Shown here piece after piece: positions 10,056 to 24,005 of a DNA stretch of 64,000 bases; position 1 is the stretch's first letter, and each line of letters begins with the position of its first letter. The stretch is from positions 27,282,001 to 27,346,000 of the forward strand of contig CM097885.1 in assembly GCA_044892525.1 (NCBI GenBank), in the 5' to 3' direction. The stretch is from Schmidtea polychroa. Taxonomy: Eukaryota. The notes beneath the pieces are model-generated. The model was not told the origin of the DNA and did no database searches. It was given only the letters and a program-made list of their open reading frames with translations. The position numbers and the translations under genes are program-made.

Positions 10056-13011
10056 TCCCCCTCCTTAAGAAATTTTTTAAGTTTTTCCACGTTTCTTTCA
10101 ATCTTTTTACCATTCTCGTTTCTTAAGATATATCGTCTGTCATGCACTTTCTCGATTACTTTATATGGTCCCTCATATCTGTCCTGGCTTTTGTTGCGTG
10201 TTTCTAATTTTACTAACACATCATCTCCTACGTCAAATTTCCTCCTTTTTTGTTCTTCTTGTTCTTCCTTTACCTGTTTTTCTTTTGACCCGTACCATTT
10301 CTCCCTGCTAATCTTTTTTCCAAAAACTATCTCTGCCGGGCTTATTCCTGTCGTTTTTTGTTTGGTTGCATTTAATGTAAATTCGACTTCTGGTAGTATC
10401 TCTGCCCAATCCGTCTTCCTTCTGTCTCGTAAAGTAGCATTTATCAGCTCTCGTATTGTCCTGAATTGCCTTTCTATCTGTCCATTTGTTTGGTGATGGT
10501 ATGGACTCGAAAAACATAACTTAATATCAAGTTTCTTTGTGAATTCTCTCAACATTCCTGATTCAAACGCCTTCCCACAATCAACTTTTATCTCCTTTGG
10601 GCACCCGAATCTTAAAATCCATTTTTCTAAAATCGATTTTTATTGTTTCTTCGTCTTGTCTTGTTATAGCTGTCAGTACTTGATACTTACTATACTGGTC
10701 TATTATACCCAATATATACTTCTTACGTCCTTTTGTTTCTTGCATTGGTCCACATATATCCACGAATATAATTTCGAACATTTCGGTTGATTCTAATTTT
10801 TTTACTGGTTCCTTCGTTGTAATTGTTATAGCCTTGGTTTTTTGACAAGTCTCACAACTTCGAATAGTTTCCTGAATCTGACTCCACAGGTTTTCCCAAT
10901 ATATCTATCTTTCATATAATCAGCTATCTTCTCGACTCCAGCATGACACAATAGTCTATGTATTTTCTTTATGGTTTCTTGTATCTCGTTTTCAGGTATC
11001 ATCGTTTTCTTTCGTAATTCTTCTTCCAAATTTATTTGTTGATTGGTGCTTCTACCTTCCTCTCTTATCGAGTCTAGTAATCTAGTTTTTATCTTTTCTT
11101 TCTTAGCTTCTTCGTGAGCCATTTGACATTGAACACACGTTTCACATTTAGTTCTGGACACCATGTCTGCATTTTGGTTATTAACACCCTTTCTATATTC
11201 AACGATTATATCCAAATTGCTCAAATAATTGATCCAGGTTTGGAATTGTGAAGTAATTGGCTTCTTGGTTTTCATCATAAACGTGATCGCCTTGTGGTCT
11301 GTCCTTAGTGTGAATCTTCTTCCGTAGAGATAGTGCTTAAAATGAATACAAAAATAGTATACCGCCAATAGTTCCTTCCTTGTAATGCAATATCCTTTTT
11401 CATGGCTCGTCATCGAGTGTGATCCATACGCAATTACTCTCTCCTTTCCATCTTGATCTCTTTGCGAAAGCACTGCTCCAATGGTATCAAAACTGGCATC
11501 AGTATCTAAAATGAACTCCTTTCTCAGATCCGGAAAGCATAGAATCGGTGCCGTTGTGAGTGCTAACTTCATTCCCTCGAATACGTTATTCGTTCCTTCA
11601 GTCCATTCCAGTTTTTTGTTACTCGAACCGCTACATAATTGTTCTAACATCCTTGATTTCTTTGCATACTCACTGATGAATCTTCTATAATAATTACAAA
11701 TGCCTAGAAAGCTTCGATGTTTCTTTACGCAACTTGGCTTCCCAAAGTTTTGTATAGCCTGAATCTTAGAAGGATCGGTTTTTACTCCTTCTTTACTGAT
11801 TATGTGTCCTAAGAATCTGATTTCTTTCTTTATTATTTGACACTTTTCTGGGTTAATCTTTAGTCCTGCTTCATCGATCGCTTTTAATACTTCACTGAGT
11901 ATTGTATAATGTTTTTCTTTACTATTCGAATAAATCAGAATGTCATCCAAATAGACCATTGCTCCATTTATTTTGCCTATTACCTTTGTCATCATTTCCT
12001 GGAACGTACCTGGTGCTGCAGCGATTCCGAACGGCATTCTATTGAAACAGTATTGCCCTTTCTTTGTTGAGAATGCTGTTTTCTCTTGCGATTCTTTGTC
12101 TAACTCCACTTGGTAATATGCATTACCAAGATCGATTGAGCTAAAATAAACGGACCCTCCTAACACATCTAACATCTCGTCTATGGTTGGCATTGGGAAT
12201 GCCTGCCTCTCTGTTACTGCATTCAGCTGTCTGAAATCCAAGCATAGCCTAATATCTTTTTTCTCTTTTTTCCATACGCAGATTAACGGCGTGTTCCATG
12301 GAGAGTTGCATTTCCGTATAATCCCGTTTTCGTACAAATTTTGTATTGCTTCTTCAATTTTTGTTTCCAAATTCAATGGTTGACGATATGGTTTTATGTT
12401 TATCGGTTCACCTCTTGTAATTATCTTATGTTTTACCAAATGCGTGCGACCCACATCCCATTTATCCGCCATAAACACGTTTCCACTGTTCGTTATTATT
12501 TCCTTCAATTTACTATCCTCATCAATCTTTAGATGTTCCAACGCTCGCGTCAATCTTTCTCCATCCTTTATTTGTCTGCCGAATTTTGCTTCAATGTTAC
12601 AAATATAGTTCTTGTCTTTTTCACTAGATTCGATATCTTTTTTTTTGTCAGCCTATATCCAAATGCTTCTTGTAATTCTACTCCTCCAATCACCTCTGGT
12701 GTCACTTTCTCCGCCACAATGAATCTAACTTCCTTAGAAATATCTCCGATAGTTACTTTAACCTTTGTTCTTCCAATTGTCTCTATCGTACTTTCGTTTG
12801 CACATCGTAACTTATCGTCACTTCTAATCAATTGTTGTCCTCGTAACTTGTTAAAACAGTTCACACTCATTAGATTTATTCGTGCTCCGGTGTCTAATAA
12901 ACACTCGAAAATTTCCCCATTCATCATTACTGTTACACTAGGTCTTCCCTGTAGCTTGTTATATACAATTTCTACCTCCTGCCCCGTTTCAATTGTTCCA
13001 ATTCTTTCCAC
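10031..13011 (-). pseudogene. pol (protease, RT, RNase H, integrase) broken by frameshifts
   Basis: ORF fragments contain LLDTGA (PR), YLDDILI (RT), FILDTDAS...TRKELLA (RH), FVDICGP and SSPYHHQTNGQIER...YEGPY (IN). Confidence 0.95.
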
Positions 13012-13118
13012 TTCCTCTTCAAACCTTTCTCTCCTTAGGAACCTGTATACTTTCTCACATACCCTTCCTACATTCTACCACTTTTCTACCCCTTGAGGAT
13101 ATCCCGTCCACTTTTCTG

Positions 13119-14123
13119 TTAGTATATGGCTCCAACCAACTCCTCTACTGGTGGAGCCCTTTTGTTTGGGCACGTCCTACTAAAATTATCTTCATTTGTC
13201 ACTACGCACGATTCCATTTCCTCTTCTTCTTCGATTCCATTAATCCGGCTGTATCTGTTTCCTGTCGGTCTTTGTTTCTCTATTGATTTCTTGTAACTCG
13301 ACTTTGTATAACATTCTTCTGATCTATGACCATTTTTGTTGCATCTTTTACACCGTATTTCTTGACATAACCTTCTTATATGGCCTTCTTTCCAACAACC
13401 AAAACAACTTGGCACTTTTTTATCTGGACAATTCCTACTGATATGTCCGCTTCTGTGACATGTCCAGCACTCTATCTTACTTCTTACTGGACATTCTATT
13501 TTCGTGTGGCCTATTTTGTGGCATAGCCAGCACTCTGGTTCTTCTCGTCGCCTGACTTCTTCTCTTTCATCTTTCTGCTTGTACTGTCCTCTTCTCTGTG
13601 GATCCTGATAGACCACTCTTGCATAACTTTTCAAAGCGTTTATCTGATCTCTCTGTTTGTCCACTTTATCCATCAAAATTAATGTTTCCTTTATCTCCTC
13701 TGTGCTTTTTATCTTCCGCAATATTACTTCTTTGCTGTTATTTTCTCTTTGGTGAATTATTTATTCTCAAACAACCTGTCAACAAGGTCCTCCACTTTTT
13801 TAAAATATGTTTCAATCTCTTCGCCTCTTCTTTTATAATTCAATAGACTTTCCATATCCTTTATTACGTCTCTTTCGTAATCAAATGCCATTCGTAACCT
13901 GGCTTGAAATCCTTCTGCTTTTTAAACCGTTTTCGTATATTTCTCCAATAGATCCTCGTCGATCATGCATGCGGTTAATCTTTCCTGTTCTTTTTTATTG
14001 ATGCCTTTAGCATCGAAATAGATCTCGGATCTTCTGATGAATTTTTTCAATTCATCACCTTGACAGAACACTTTTGGCAATAATCTTTCGGTAATCGCGT
14101 CGGTGTTTACCGCTGCCACCATA
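13119..14123 (-). pseudogene. gag with four to five CCHC knuckles, frameshifted
   Basis: ORF 13119-13721 has CWLCHKIGHTKIEC, CWTCHRSGHISRNC, CFGCWKEGHIRRLC and CKRCNKNGHRSEEC; the N-terminal part lies in ORF 13922-14164. Confidence 0.9.
14109..14121 (-). promoter_or_regulatory. Primer binding site, tRNA-Leu type
   Basis: TGGTGGCAGCGGT directly abuts the 5' LTR. Confidence 0.75.
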
Positions 14124-14356
14124 TTAGGATTCTCATCCGTTTTTAAATCACTAAATAATTCCATAAAATTTTATTTAATAAAACATATCTCAAAAAACTT
14201 GTCTGTTCTTATTTTTGTTATTTAAACAAATTTCAGATTTTCTTAAAATATTTCTTTGATAAATTTTTTCTTTTTAAAATATTTTTCAATAAAAATATTT
14301 TTAAAATTTTTACCAAATTTCTTATTAATCTTTAAGAATCTTTTAACCTCCTCATA
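14122..14356 (-). repeat. 5' LTR (235 bp)
   Basis: Direct repeat of 9821-10055, flanked by the PBS and the TSD ATTTT. Confidence 0.9.
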
Positions 14357-14839
14357 ATTTTATTTTTATTATTCGGGGATTTTTCCCAAAATGTTTTAGA
14401 AAAGTACATATTTTTGGTAATTCATTTATTGAATTATAATTAAAAACATATCTAACTCACATTTTTTCGAAAATATTCCAAAATACTTGCGTACTACACG
14501 CGTAAACACACAATTCAATCGGCCGAAACAGAAGTTATCACTATCATCATCAGGTTACCTACATTCACTAGGGATGAATAACTATACAATATTAAAAGAA
14601 TGAGAACTTTTTTCCAATTTCACCACTGATTATTTTTTCCATTCAATTTATTAAAAAGAGAGCTTGAAGACTATAAATCAGTAATATATCGATGTTTTTT
14701 GAGTAGGTAGATAGTGGCCTACGGGAACAATTACCCCCCCCCCGGGGGGGGGGGGTTTGTTCCCAAATTTTTATTACGCAATTGTTCCCAACTCATTTTT
14801 TTGCTTTCAGGGATTTTTGGTCCAAATTTTTTTTTATCA

Positions 14840-15290
14840 CACTATAGTGAGAGGGTCTTGATGGTCCTGGGAATTTCTATACAAAAATCCGACTATCAAT
14901 AAAAAAGTCAAGGATTATTCACACTATAGTGAGGGGGTCTCGATGGTCCTGGGATTTTCAATACAAATAAAATTTTTTCTATACAAAAATCCGACTATCA
15001 ATAAAAAAGTCAAGGATTATTCACACTATAGTGAGGGGGTCTCGATGGTCCTGGGATTTTCAATACAAATAAAATTTTTTCAATACAAAAATCCGACTAC
15101 CACTAAAAAAGCCAAGGATTATTCACACTATAGTGAGGGGGTCTCGATGGTCCTGGGATTTTCAATACAAAAAATTTTTTTCAATACAAAAAGCTGGTCT
15201 ACACTAAAAAAGCCAAGGAATTTTCAGACTATAGTGAGGAGGTCTCGATGGTCCTGAGAAATAGGTGGTCTACACTAAAAAACGTGGTAA
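14840..15290. repeat. Subterminal ~102-bp tandem repeats (left arm)
   Basis: cacactatagtgagggggtctcgatggtcctggga recurs at 14920, 15022 and 15124. Confidence 0.9.
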
Positions 15291-15294
15291 ATTT

Positions 15295-15895
15295 TTCAAT
15301 TACAGTAAATTACGGTCCAAATTTTTCAATTAAAGTAAATAATGGTTCTAAAAATTAAATTAAAGTTAATTATGGCTCAAATTTTTCAAATAAGGTAATT
15401 ATGGTTCTAAAAAATTAAATTAAAGTAAATTAAGGTCCTAAAAATTAAATTATAGTAAATTATGGCTCAAATTTTTAAATTACAGTAAATTATGGTCCTA
15501 AAAAATTAAATTACAGTAAATTATGGTCAAACATTTTAAATTAAAAAAAACAATGGTTCAAATTTTTCAAATACAGTAAATTATGGGTCTAAAAATTAAA
15601 TTACAGTAAATAATGGTTCTAAAAATTAAATTAAAGTAAATTATGGTTCTAAAATATTAAATTACAGTAAATTATGGTCCAGATTTTTCAATTAAAGTAA
15701 ATAATGGTCCAAATTTTTAAATTAAAGTAAATTTAAGTTCTTAAAAATTAAATTACAGTAAATAATGGTCCAAATTTTTAAATTAAGTAATCAATGGTAA
15801 AAAATTTTAAATAAGTAAATTAAAGTACTAATTTTTAAATTAAGTAATCAATGGTAAAAAATTTTAAATAAGTAAATTAAAGTAAGATTTTAAAA
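15295..15895. repeat. ~30-bp AT-rich tandem array (mirrored at ~29790-30505)
   Basis: Repeated unit resembling ttacagtaaattatggtccaaatttttcaa. Confidence 0.85.
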
Positions 15896-16179
15896 TTTAA
15901 TTACAAAATAATAGAAGGTGTTTGAGAATTGAAATTTTTTAATGAAAATTTTTATGAAATAATTTTTAAGTAATTTTTAATAGAAATTTTAATGAAATAT
16001 TTTTCAATGGTAATTTTTAATGGAAATTTTTATGGAATAATTTTTTAAGTAATTTTTAATGTAAATTTTTATGAAATATTTTTCAATGATAATTTTAGAT
16101 GGAAATTTTTAAGATAATTTTTAATGAAAATTTTTATGACATATTTATCAAAGACAAATTTTAATAATAATTCAACAAC

Positions 16180-17710
16180 AAACCAACAACTTAGTACCAA
16201 CAACCAGTAACTTACGAACATATATTAACAACCAGATACCTACAACTAGTTACTAACAACTAGTTACATGATACTAAGTAAATACAACCACCTAACAAGT
16301 ACTAACAACCAAAAACAAGCAACCAACCAGGTACCAGTTACCAACTACTAAGTACCTACAACCAACTAGTTACCTGATACCAAGTACTTACAACTAAATA
16401 CTAACAACCAGTTACCTGATACCTAGTACTTAAAACTAGTTACTAACAACCAAAAACAAGCAACCAACTAGCTACCAAGTACTAACAATCAAAAACAACT
16501 AGCTAACAACTAGATACCAAGTACCTACAACCACCTACCTATTAACTAGCTACCAAGTACTAACAACTAACAACAACCAGGTACTAGATACCAAGTACTA
16601 ACAACCTACAACAACTAGGTACTAAGCATTATCAACCAAGTACCTAAAACCACCTAACAAGTACATACAACCAACATCAACCAGGTACCTACAACTAGAT
16701 ACTAACAAACAGTTACGAAGTACCTACAACCACCTACCCATTAACTAACTACAACCAGCTAACAACTAACAACCAGATACCTACTACTTACAACCAACTA
16801 CTAAGTACTAACAACCACCTAACAAGTACATACAACCAACATCAACCAAGTACCTAAAACCACCTAACAAGTACATACAACCAACATCAACCAGGTACCT
16901 ACAACTAGATACTAACAAACAGTTACGAAGTACCTACAACCATCTACCCATTAACCACCTAACAAGTACCTACAACCAACTACTAAGTACTAACAACCAA
17001 AAACAACCAACTAGGTACTAGATACCAAGTACTTACAACAAACATCAACCAAGTACTTACTACCAACTACCAAGTACTTACAACTAGTTACTAACAACTA
17101 GTTACCTGCTACCAAGTACTTACAATTAGTTACTAACAACCAGTTACCTGATACCAAGTACCTACAACCAACTACTAAGCATTAATTACCTACAACTAGT
17201 TACTAACAACTAGATACCAAGTACTTACAACCAACATCAACCAGGTACCAGTTACCAACTACTAAGTACCTACAACCAACTAGTTACCTGATACCAAGTA
17301 CTAACAACCTACAACAACTAGGTACTAAGCATCATCAACTAACTACTAAGTACCTACAACCTACAACTAGATACTAAAAACCAGTTACCTGCTACCAAGT
17401 ACTTACAACTAGTTACTAACAACCAACCAACTAGGTACTAGATACCAAGTACTAACAACCAACAACAACCAGGTACTAAGCATTATCAACCAACTACTAA
17501 GTACCTACAACCAACTAACAACCACCTACCAAGTACTAACAACCAGTTACCAACTACTAAGCATTAATTACATACAACTAGTTACTAACAACTAGATACC
17601 AAGTACATATAACCAACAACTAAGCATTATCAACCAAGTACTAACAACCAAGTAACTTACCTAGTACTAAGCACTGTCAACTAGATACCAAACACTTACA
17701 ACCAGATGAC
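16180..17710. repeat. Strand-asymmetric A/C-rich scrambled satellite (mirrored at ~28405-29460)
   Basis: Shuffled short words acaacc, aagtact, aactag and gatacc. Confidence 0.9.
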
Positions 17711-17977
17711 CACATGAAATTATTGGTTAAATATGAAAATAAGGATTATATTTAGTTGTTTAGTAAATTATGGTGTAAAATTAAGAAATAAAGAATAATT
17801 AGGTAAATTAAGGATAAGTAAATTAAAGTTAAAAATTTTAAATTAAAGAAAACAATGGTTCAAAATTTAAATTAAAGCTAAAGTAAGATTTTTAAATTTA
17901 TTATCAAAAGATTGAATAACCACCAACTTTTTTGAGAAATGTAATTTATAATGAAAATTTAAATGGAAATTTAAATG

Positions 17978-18019
<42 letters not shown>

Positions 18020-18436
18020 TACTAATAATTCAACAGTTACCAACAATCGGTTACTGATTATTTTTTAACTAGGTGCTAACAAATACTTACACCATGATAC
18101 CACGTACTAACTAACTCTCAAACAACCAGATACTTACAACTAACTACTAAATATTCTTTATTGTATTTTATGAAATGCTTTTTAAATTAATTTTTTATCT
18201 ATCTTCAAAAATATATTTAATTACAATCATTAGAAAAACCTTTTCAAATTTAACAAAAATGTTGATTTTCATCAAAAAAACCACAACTCATCACCACGTG
18301 GAATTCAAAATAATTACAATGAAAGACTAATGAAATCTAATTTACAAAACATTCTTCTTTTAAATGATAACTTATTATTGCAATGTAAAAATCGCATTCA
18401 ATAAAAACTTATTGTTGATCAGTTTTATTATATATA

Positions 18437-21400
18437 CTCTGAGTTTATCCGACAGGATGTTTTGACCCCCTAAGGGTACAGGTCGTAAGGGTACTGGTCG
18501 TAAGGGTATTAGTCGTAAGGGTACTAGTCGTAGGGGTATTGGTAACACTCAACCCCCATCTACCCATTAACCACCTAACAAGTACCAACAACCAAGTCTC
18601 AAACAACTAAATACTAAACACTAACAACCAACAACAACCAGACACTAAGCATTATCAACCTACAACTATATAACAACAATCAGTAAACAACACTGTACCA
18701 ACTACCAAATACAAGAAACCAACAACTTAGTACCAACAATCAACTAACAACACATAAAAATAATAGCAATTAAATAAAAAAAATTATTCTTCATCGCATA
18801 CACTATTTTCTTATCAAAATCTAAAAAGTCAACCAACTACTTACAACCAACAACTATGTACTAACAAATTGATCTTTAAAAGCAAATACTCATCACTTGA
18901 AAAAATTAGATGAAAAATTAATTGAACTCAAGGCACTTTTAAGATATTTGAACTCAAGGCATCAATAACTTGGTAAAAATTGATTAAATTATTGTAAAAA
19001 TTTAAATTATTCAAAATATACTAAATTAAAAAAAATATAATTAATGGACAAGAAAGAACTTTAAATTCTAGTCATTGATCATTCAAGTTAATATGAATCA
19101 ACTAAGATAATAAATTAATAAGAATTTTGAAATAAGATCTAGTAGATAATTGATTTAGATTGAATAAATTAATTGAAATAAAATTAATTTTAATTATTTT
19201 TTTTTAAAAGTAATACATGTACTCAAATTGATTGACTGATTTCTCAATATATTCAAAAAATCTGTATGAATTCATTACAATTATCAAAGTCAGCAATCTA
19301 CAATAAAAATAATTATCATTAAATTTCAAAAGAGACTAGAAAACTAATGATAAAATCTATCAAACCAGTAAATTCATTTAAATGACAATAATTGGTATAT
19401 CCAAGTGAATTCTCTAATAAAATCATCTAAAAAGCATCAAATTTCCCTGAAATATCTATATCTTTTAAGATTAGTATCTTATCGATAAGTACTTGTTAAA
19501 GATCATATATTCACCTCAAACTAACAAGATTCCTTAAAATCCCTTAAATGGCTATATTTCAACCCTTAATTCGTATTATTACAAATATCATCTAAAAAGC
19601 ATCAAATTTCATTGAAATAACTCTATCCTTAAAGATTGATATTTTAATGACAAGTACCCTTAAAAGGTTATATATTTACCTCAGACTAATAAGATTGCTT
19701 AAAATCCCTTAAATGACTATAATTCTAACTTTAATTCGTATTATCACGAATATTTCCCTATAAAACATGTAAAATCATTAACCCTAAATAATTTATAAAA
19801 TCTAATGATAAAACTGGTTATAATTAATTTTTTGTTAATCACTGTACTCGATATTTTAAATAAATATTACTACAATATAACTGACTAGGTCCCATTGAAA
19901 GATTAAATTTATCCATTCAATAAAATATATTTCTTCAAATGATCATTTTTACCAATATTCAACCGATTTAATTACTAATTAAAATCAAGATTCCTTCCAA
20001 TAAAGATCAATTTTATTTAGTCGATGTTTTAAGTCCATATTTCTAAACTTTTGTCATTCTCCGCCTAAATAAAGATAAAAATAAATTAAAGTTGATATCA
20101 ATCCCATTTATCTGTAAAGTTTTCATCGTCAAAACCAAGTAAATCGACATTGTTCTAAAACATAAATCTAAATTCATATACAATGAATTAATCACAACCT
20201 AATAAAACAATATAATTATTATTGATACATAACTGACTAATTGACATTTCCCTTAAAACATTGATATTTTACCAACAGCATACTTAAAAAATCATATATT
20301 CCCATCTTAACCCATCTCTCATTAAATTCAATCGACTATATCCCCCTTACAATGATATATTCCCAACTTATCTGATCTCTCATTAAAATCAATCGACTAT
20401 ATCTCCCTTACAATGATATATTTCCATCTTATCTGATCTCTCATTAAATCTAACCGACTATATCCCCTTAAAAAATCATATATTCCCACCTTATCTGATC
20501 TCTCATTAAATCTAACCGACTATATCCCTTTAAAAATCATATATTCCCATCTTAACCCATCCCTCATTAAATCTCACCGACAATATCCCATCTTATCCGA
20601 TCTCTCAGCAAATATTTCTACCCCCCTCATTAAATTTAACCGACAATATCCCATCTTATCCGATCTCTCAGCAAATAATTCTACCCTTTTAAACATCTAT
20701 CCGATTATATCCCTTATTTTCCCTAAAGATTCCGCCCACTTGAGCCCTTTAATATATATCAATCCTCTTAAAATCCTCAGAGAAATTCAAAAATATGACT
20801 TTTAATTAATTGTTATAGAACCAGACAAATAATAAGAGCCCATTAAAAGATCAAAATTCACTAAATTTTCTACAAATATTTACCATCAAATACTGGAGAT
20901 GATATATATTGATTGATCATAATTCTTCATCGATTCAGCCAATCATTTTCAAGCAATAACAGCAAACTAAATTTCTTTATATCCTACAATAATTATCACG
21001 TAAATTTAAAGTCATTGATAAAGTTGGTTTCTTAGCTTATGTTTTTTAAAGATCATCAATGTGTAAATATTCTTAGAAAATTATTGAAAAATTATTTATT
21101 CAAATATATTACAAAGTTATCATCAGAAATTTATTCTATCACTTAATTATTAACCTAATTGTCAATGAAATTAATTTTTATTTAAAAACTATTCAATAAA
21201 ATACAACTAATTATCAAGAAATTAATTAAATTTATCAATTAAATTTATCACCATTAAAACTTTTAATCAGTCAACATGAAATTCTTAGAAAATTATTCAA
21301 TATCCTCATCAAAATTTATCCTACCACTTGATTATTGTACAAACTTTAATTATTAACCTCATTAAAAATAAATTTTTATTTAAAATTAAAAAACAAGTCA

Positions 21401-21831
21401 ATAAAAATACATTCAATTATCAAGAAATTAATTAAATTTACCTTAGAATTAGCATTAAATTACAGATATTCACAAAAATTACGGAAATTCATGAAAATAA
21501 TGGAAATTCACAAAAATAATAGAAATTCACAAAATTGATAAAAATTCACAAAAAACGATAAAAATTCACAAGAATGATAGAAATTCACAAGAATGATAAA
21601 AATCCACAAGAATAATAGAAATTCACAAAAAAGATAGAAATTTACTTGAATAAAACCATCAACTCTAAAATTTATCAATGAATGCCTTATACAAATTTGC
21701 CTAAATAATCATTCAAATAAAAACATTAAATACCTTTACGACTAATACCCTTGCGACATGTTGAATGTGAGTAGTACCCTTGTGAGCAATACCCATAGGG
21801 GGACAGAATATTTTGTCGGATAAACTCAGAG
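18437..21831. mobile_element. Nested non-autonomous TIR element in left arm (TA-flanked, Tc1/mariner-like)
   Basis: Ends CTCTGAGTTTATCCGACA...TGTCGGATAAACTCAGAG with TATATA on both sides; 15-bp subterminal repeats taagggtactggtcg. Confidence 0.65.
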
Positions 21832-24005
21832 TATATATTAATTAACTCATTTTTCATTGAATCAGTCAAATTATCATAAATTTCGATAAAAATTCTAAAG
21901 TGGTAAGCAATGTAAAGAGAAATATTCTTTAAACTTTGATAAAATTAACAATGAAGGTGGTAAGAATCTTCATTAAAGTGAGGAAATTATTCATTACTCG
22001 ATTCAAATGGGTGAAAATAATTGGTAGAATAATTCATTAATGGATCATTGAATGGGCATAGATAAGAAGAAAGTTGATAAGAATGGAAATATATTAATTG
22101 AATTTATTTAAAATTATTTCATAAAATTCATAAATTTAATAAAAAAAAGAAATATTTGTGGGGAATAATTAATCAAAATCGGCGGAATATAAGTAGAAAA
22201 TCGGGGTGGGGGGTTATAGGCGAATAATTAATGGAAATTCGAGGGGATATAAGTGAATAACTAATGGAGAATCGGGGGGGGGGGGGAATATAGGGATTAA
22301 ATAGTAGAGAATAATAGTGAATATAAGTGAGGAGGATATATAATTTAAGCTAGTTTATTACATAACAAGCCGTGACTAGTCTATTACATAACAACCCGCG
22401 TCTAGTTTATTACATAACAAGCTGTGAATGGTATTTTATTGAAAATTATTGATTAGGTCTTTTTTATAATTTTTGAATAAGTACTTTAATACCTTAATAA
22501 TTTAAATGTTTTGATTTACACTAAATAATTTCTAAATCAATTACCCTTTTCAATCAAAATAAGATCAATTATATACCTTTTTATAAAATTCAGTTAAAAT
22601 TAAATACTTTCCACTAAATTTAAAATATATAAATTTTATAAGTTTTTCAAATTTTCAAATAATGTAAATAAGAAATTAATCTATTACCAGTTACATACTT
22701 ATTGACGGAATTACGTAATAGAAATAAAAAGTAACTTAGGTTATTTTTTTTTCAAAATTATGACTAAGTCCTTTAATATTGTAATAATAGCTATTTATTA
22801 ATAAATTTATTATTTTACGTTAACTATTTCAAAAACAATTATCATATTATTAATTATATTACCCTTTTTAATCAAAATAAGATAACTATTCAAATAGATG
22901 ATTTTTATAAATTACAATAAAAATTAAATACTTTTACACTAAATTTAAAAATATAAATTTTATAAGTAAATGTGAATAAGAAATAAGTGTATTATCAGTT
23001 ATAGACTTTTAAAACTTATTGATTAGATATTAAAAGTTACTTTTTTTTCAAAAAGTCCTCTAATATTGTATTCTATTCATTATTAAATTTACTATTTTAC
23101 ACTAAAATATTTTAATTTAGAAAACAATCATCATAATATTAAATATGATACTTCAATCAAAATAAGTTAATACTCAAATATTTGTCTTATAAAATACAAT
23201 CAAAATTAAATACTTCACAAATTTTAAGTAAAGTTTTTTAAATTCTCAAATAAATGTTAACAAGATATTAATTTAATAATCATTATATACTTTTTAAACT
23301 TATTATTGGAATAAAACAATAGAATGATATTGAAAATATATACAATTTTAAAATATAATTAAAATTAAATTACATACTTTAAAAATTTAGTAAAATGTTG
23401 GTAAAATACCATTCACAGCTTGTTATGCAATAAAATAGTCGCGGGTTGTTATGTAATAGACTAGTCACGGCTTGTTATGTAATAAACTAGCTTAAATTAT
23501 ATATCCTCCTCACTTATATTCACTATTATTCTCTACTATTTAATCCCTATATTCCCCCCCCCCGATTCTCCATTAGTTATTCACTTATATCCCCTCGAAT
23601 TTCCATTAATTATTCGCCTATAACCCCCCACCCCGATTTTCTACTTATATTCCGCCGATTTTGATTAATTATTCCCCACAAATATTTCTTTTTTTTATTA
23701 AATTTATGAATTTTATGAAATAATTTTAAATAAATTCAATTAATATATTTCCATTCTTATCAACTTTCTTCTTATCTATGCCCATTCAATGATCCATTAA
23801 TGAATTATTCTACCAATTATTTTCACCCATTTGAATCGAGTAATGAATAATTTCCTCACTTTAATGAAGATTCTTACCACCTTCATTGTTAATTTTATCA
23901 AAGTTTAAAGAATATTTCTCTTTACATTGCTTACCACTTTAGAATTTTTATCGAAATTTATGATAATTTGACTGATTCAATGAAAAATGAGTTAATTAAT
24001 ATATA

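Larger units (their letters stand above)
9821..14356 (-). mobile_element. Full-length compact Ty3/gypsy LTR retrotransposon (4536 bp), frameshift-decayed
   Basis: Two 235-bp direct repeats (9821-10055, 14122-14356), 5-bp TSD ATTTT, PBS, polypurine tract GGAGGGGGA (10056-10064), and gag-PR-RT-RH-IN order. Confidence 0.95.

Noticed and set aside
14714..15257. ORFs 14714-14902 and 14943-15257 (also 30633-30836, 31612-31797)
   Set aside because: Translations of tandem repeats and C/G runs.
14840..15290. CTCACTATAG motif resembling the T7 promoter core, and CRISPR-like periodicity
   Set aside because: TAATACGA is absent and the units have no unique spacers; these are subterminal tandem repeats in eukaryotic DNA.
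16180..17710. Possible telomeric array or Thr/Asn-rich coding region
   Set aside because: No fixed telomere unit, and no ORF of 60 aa or more in the track.
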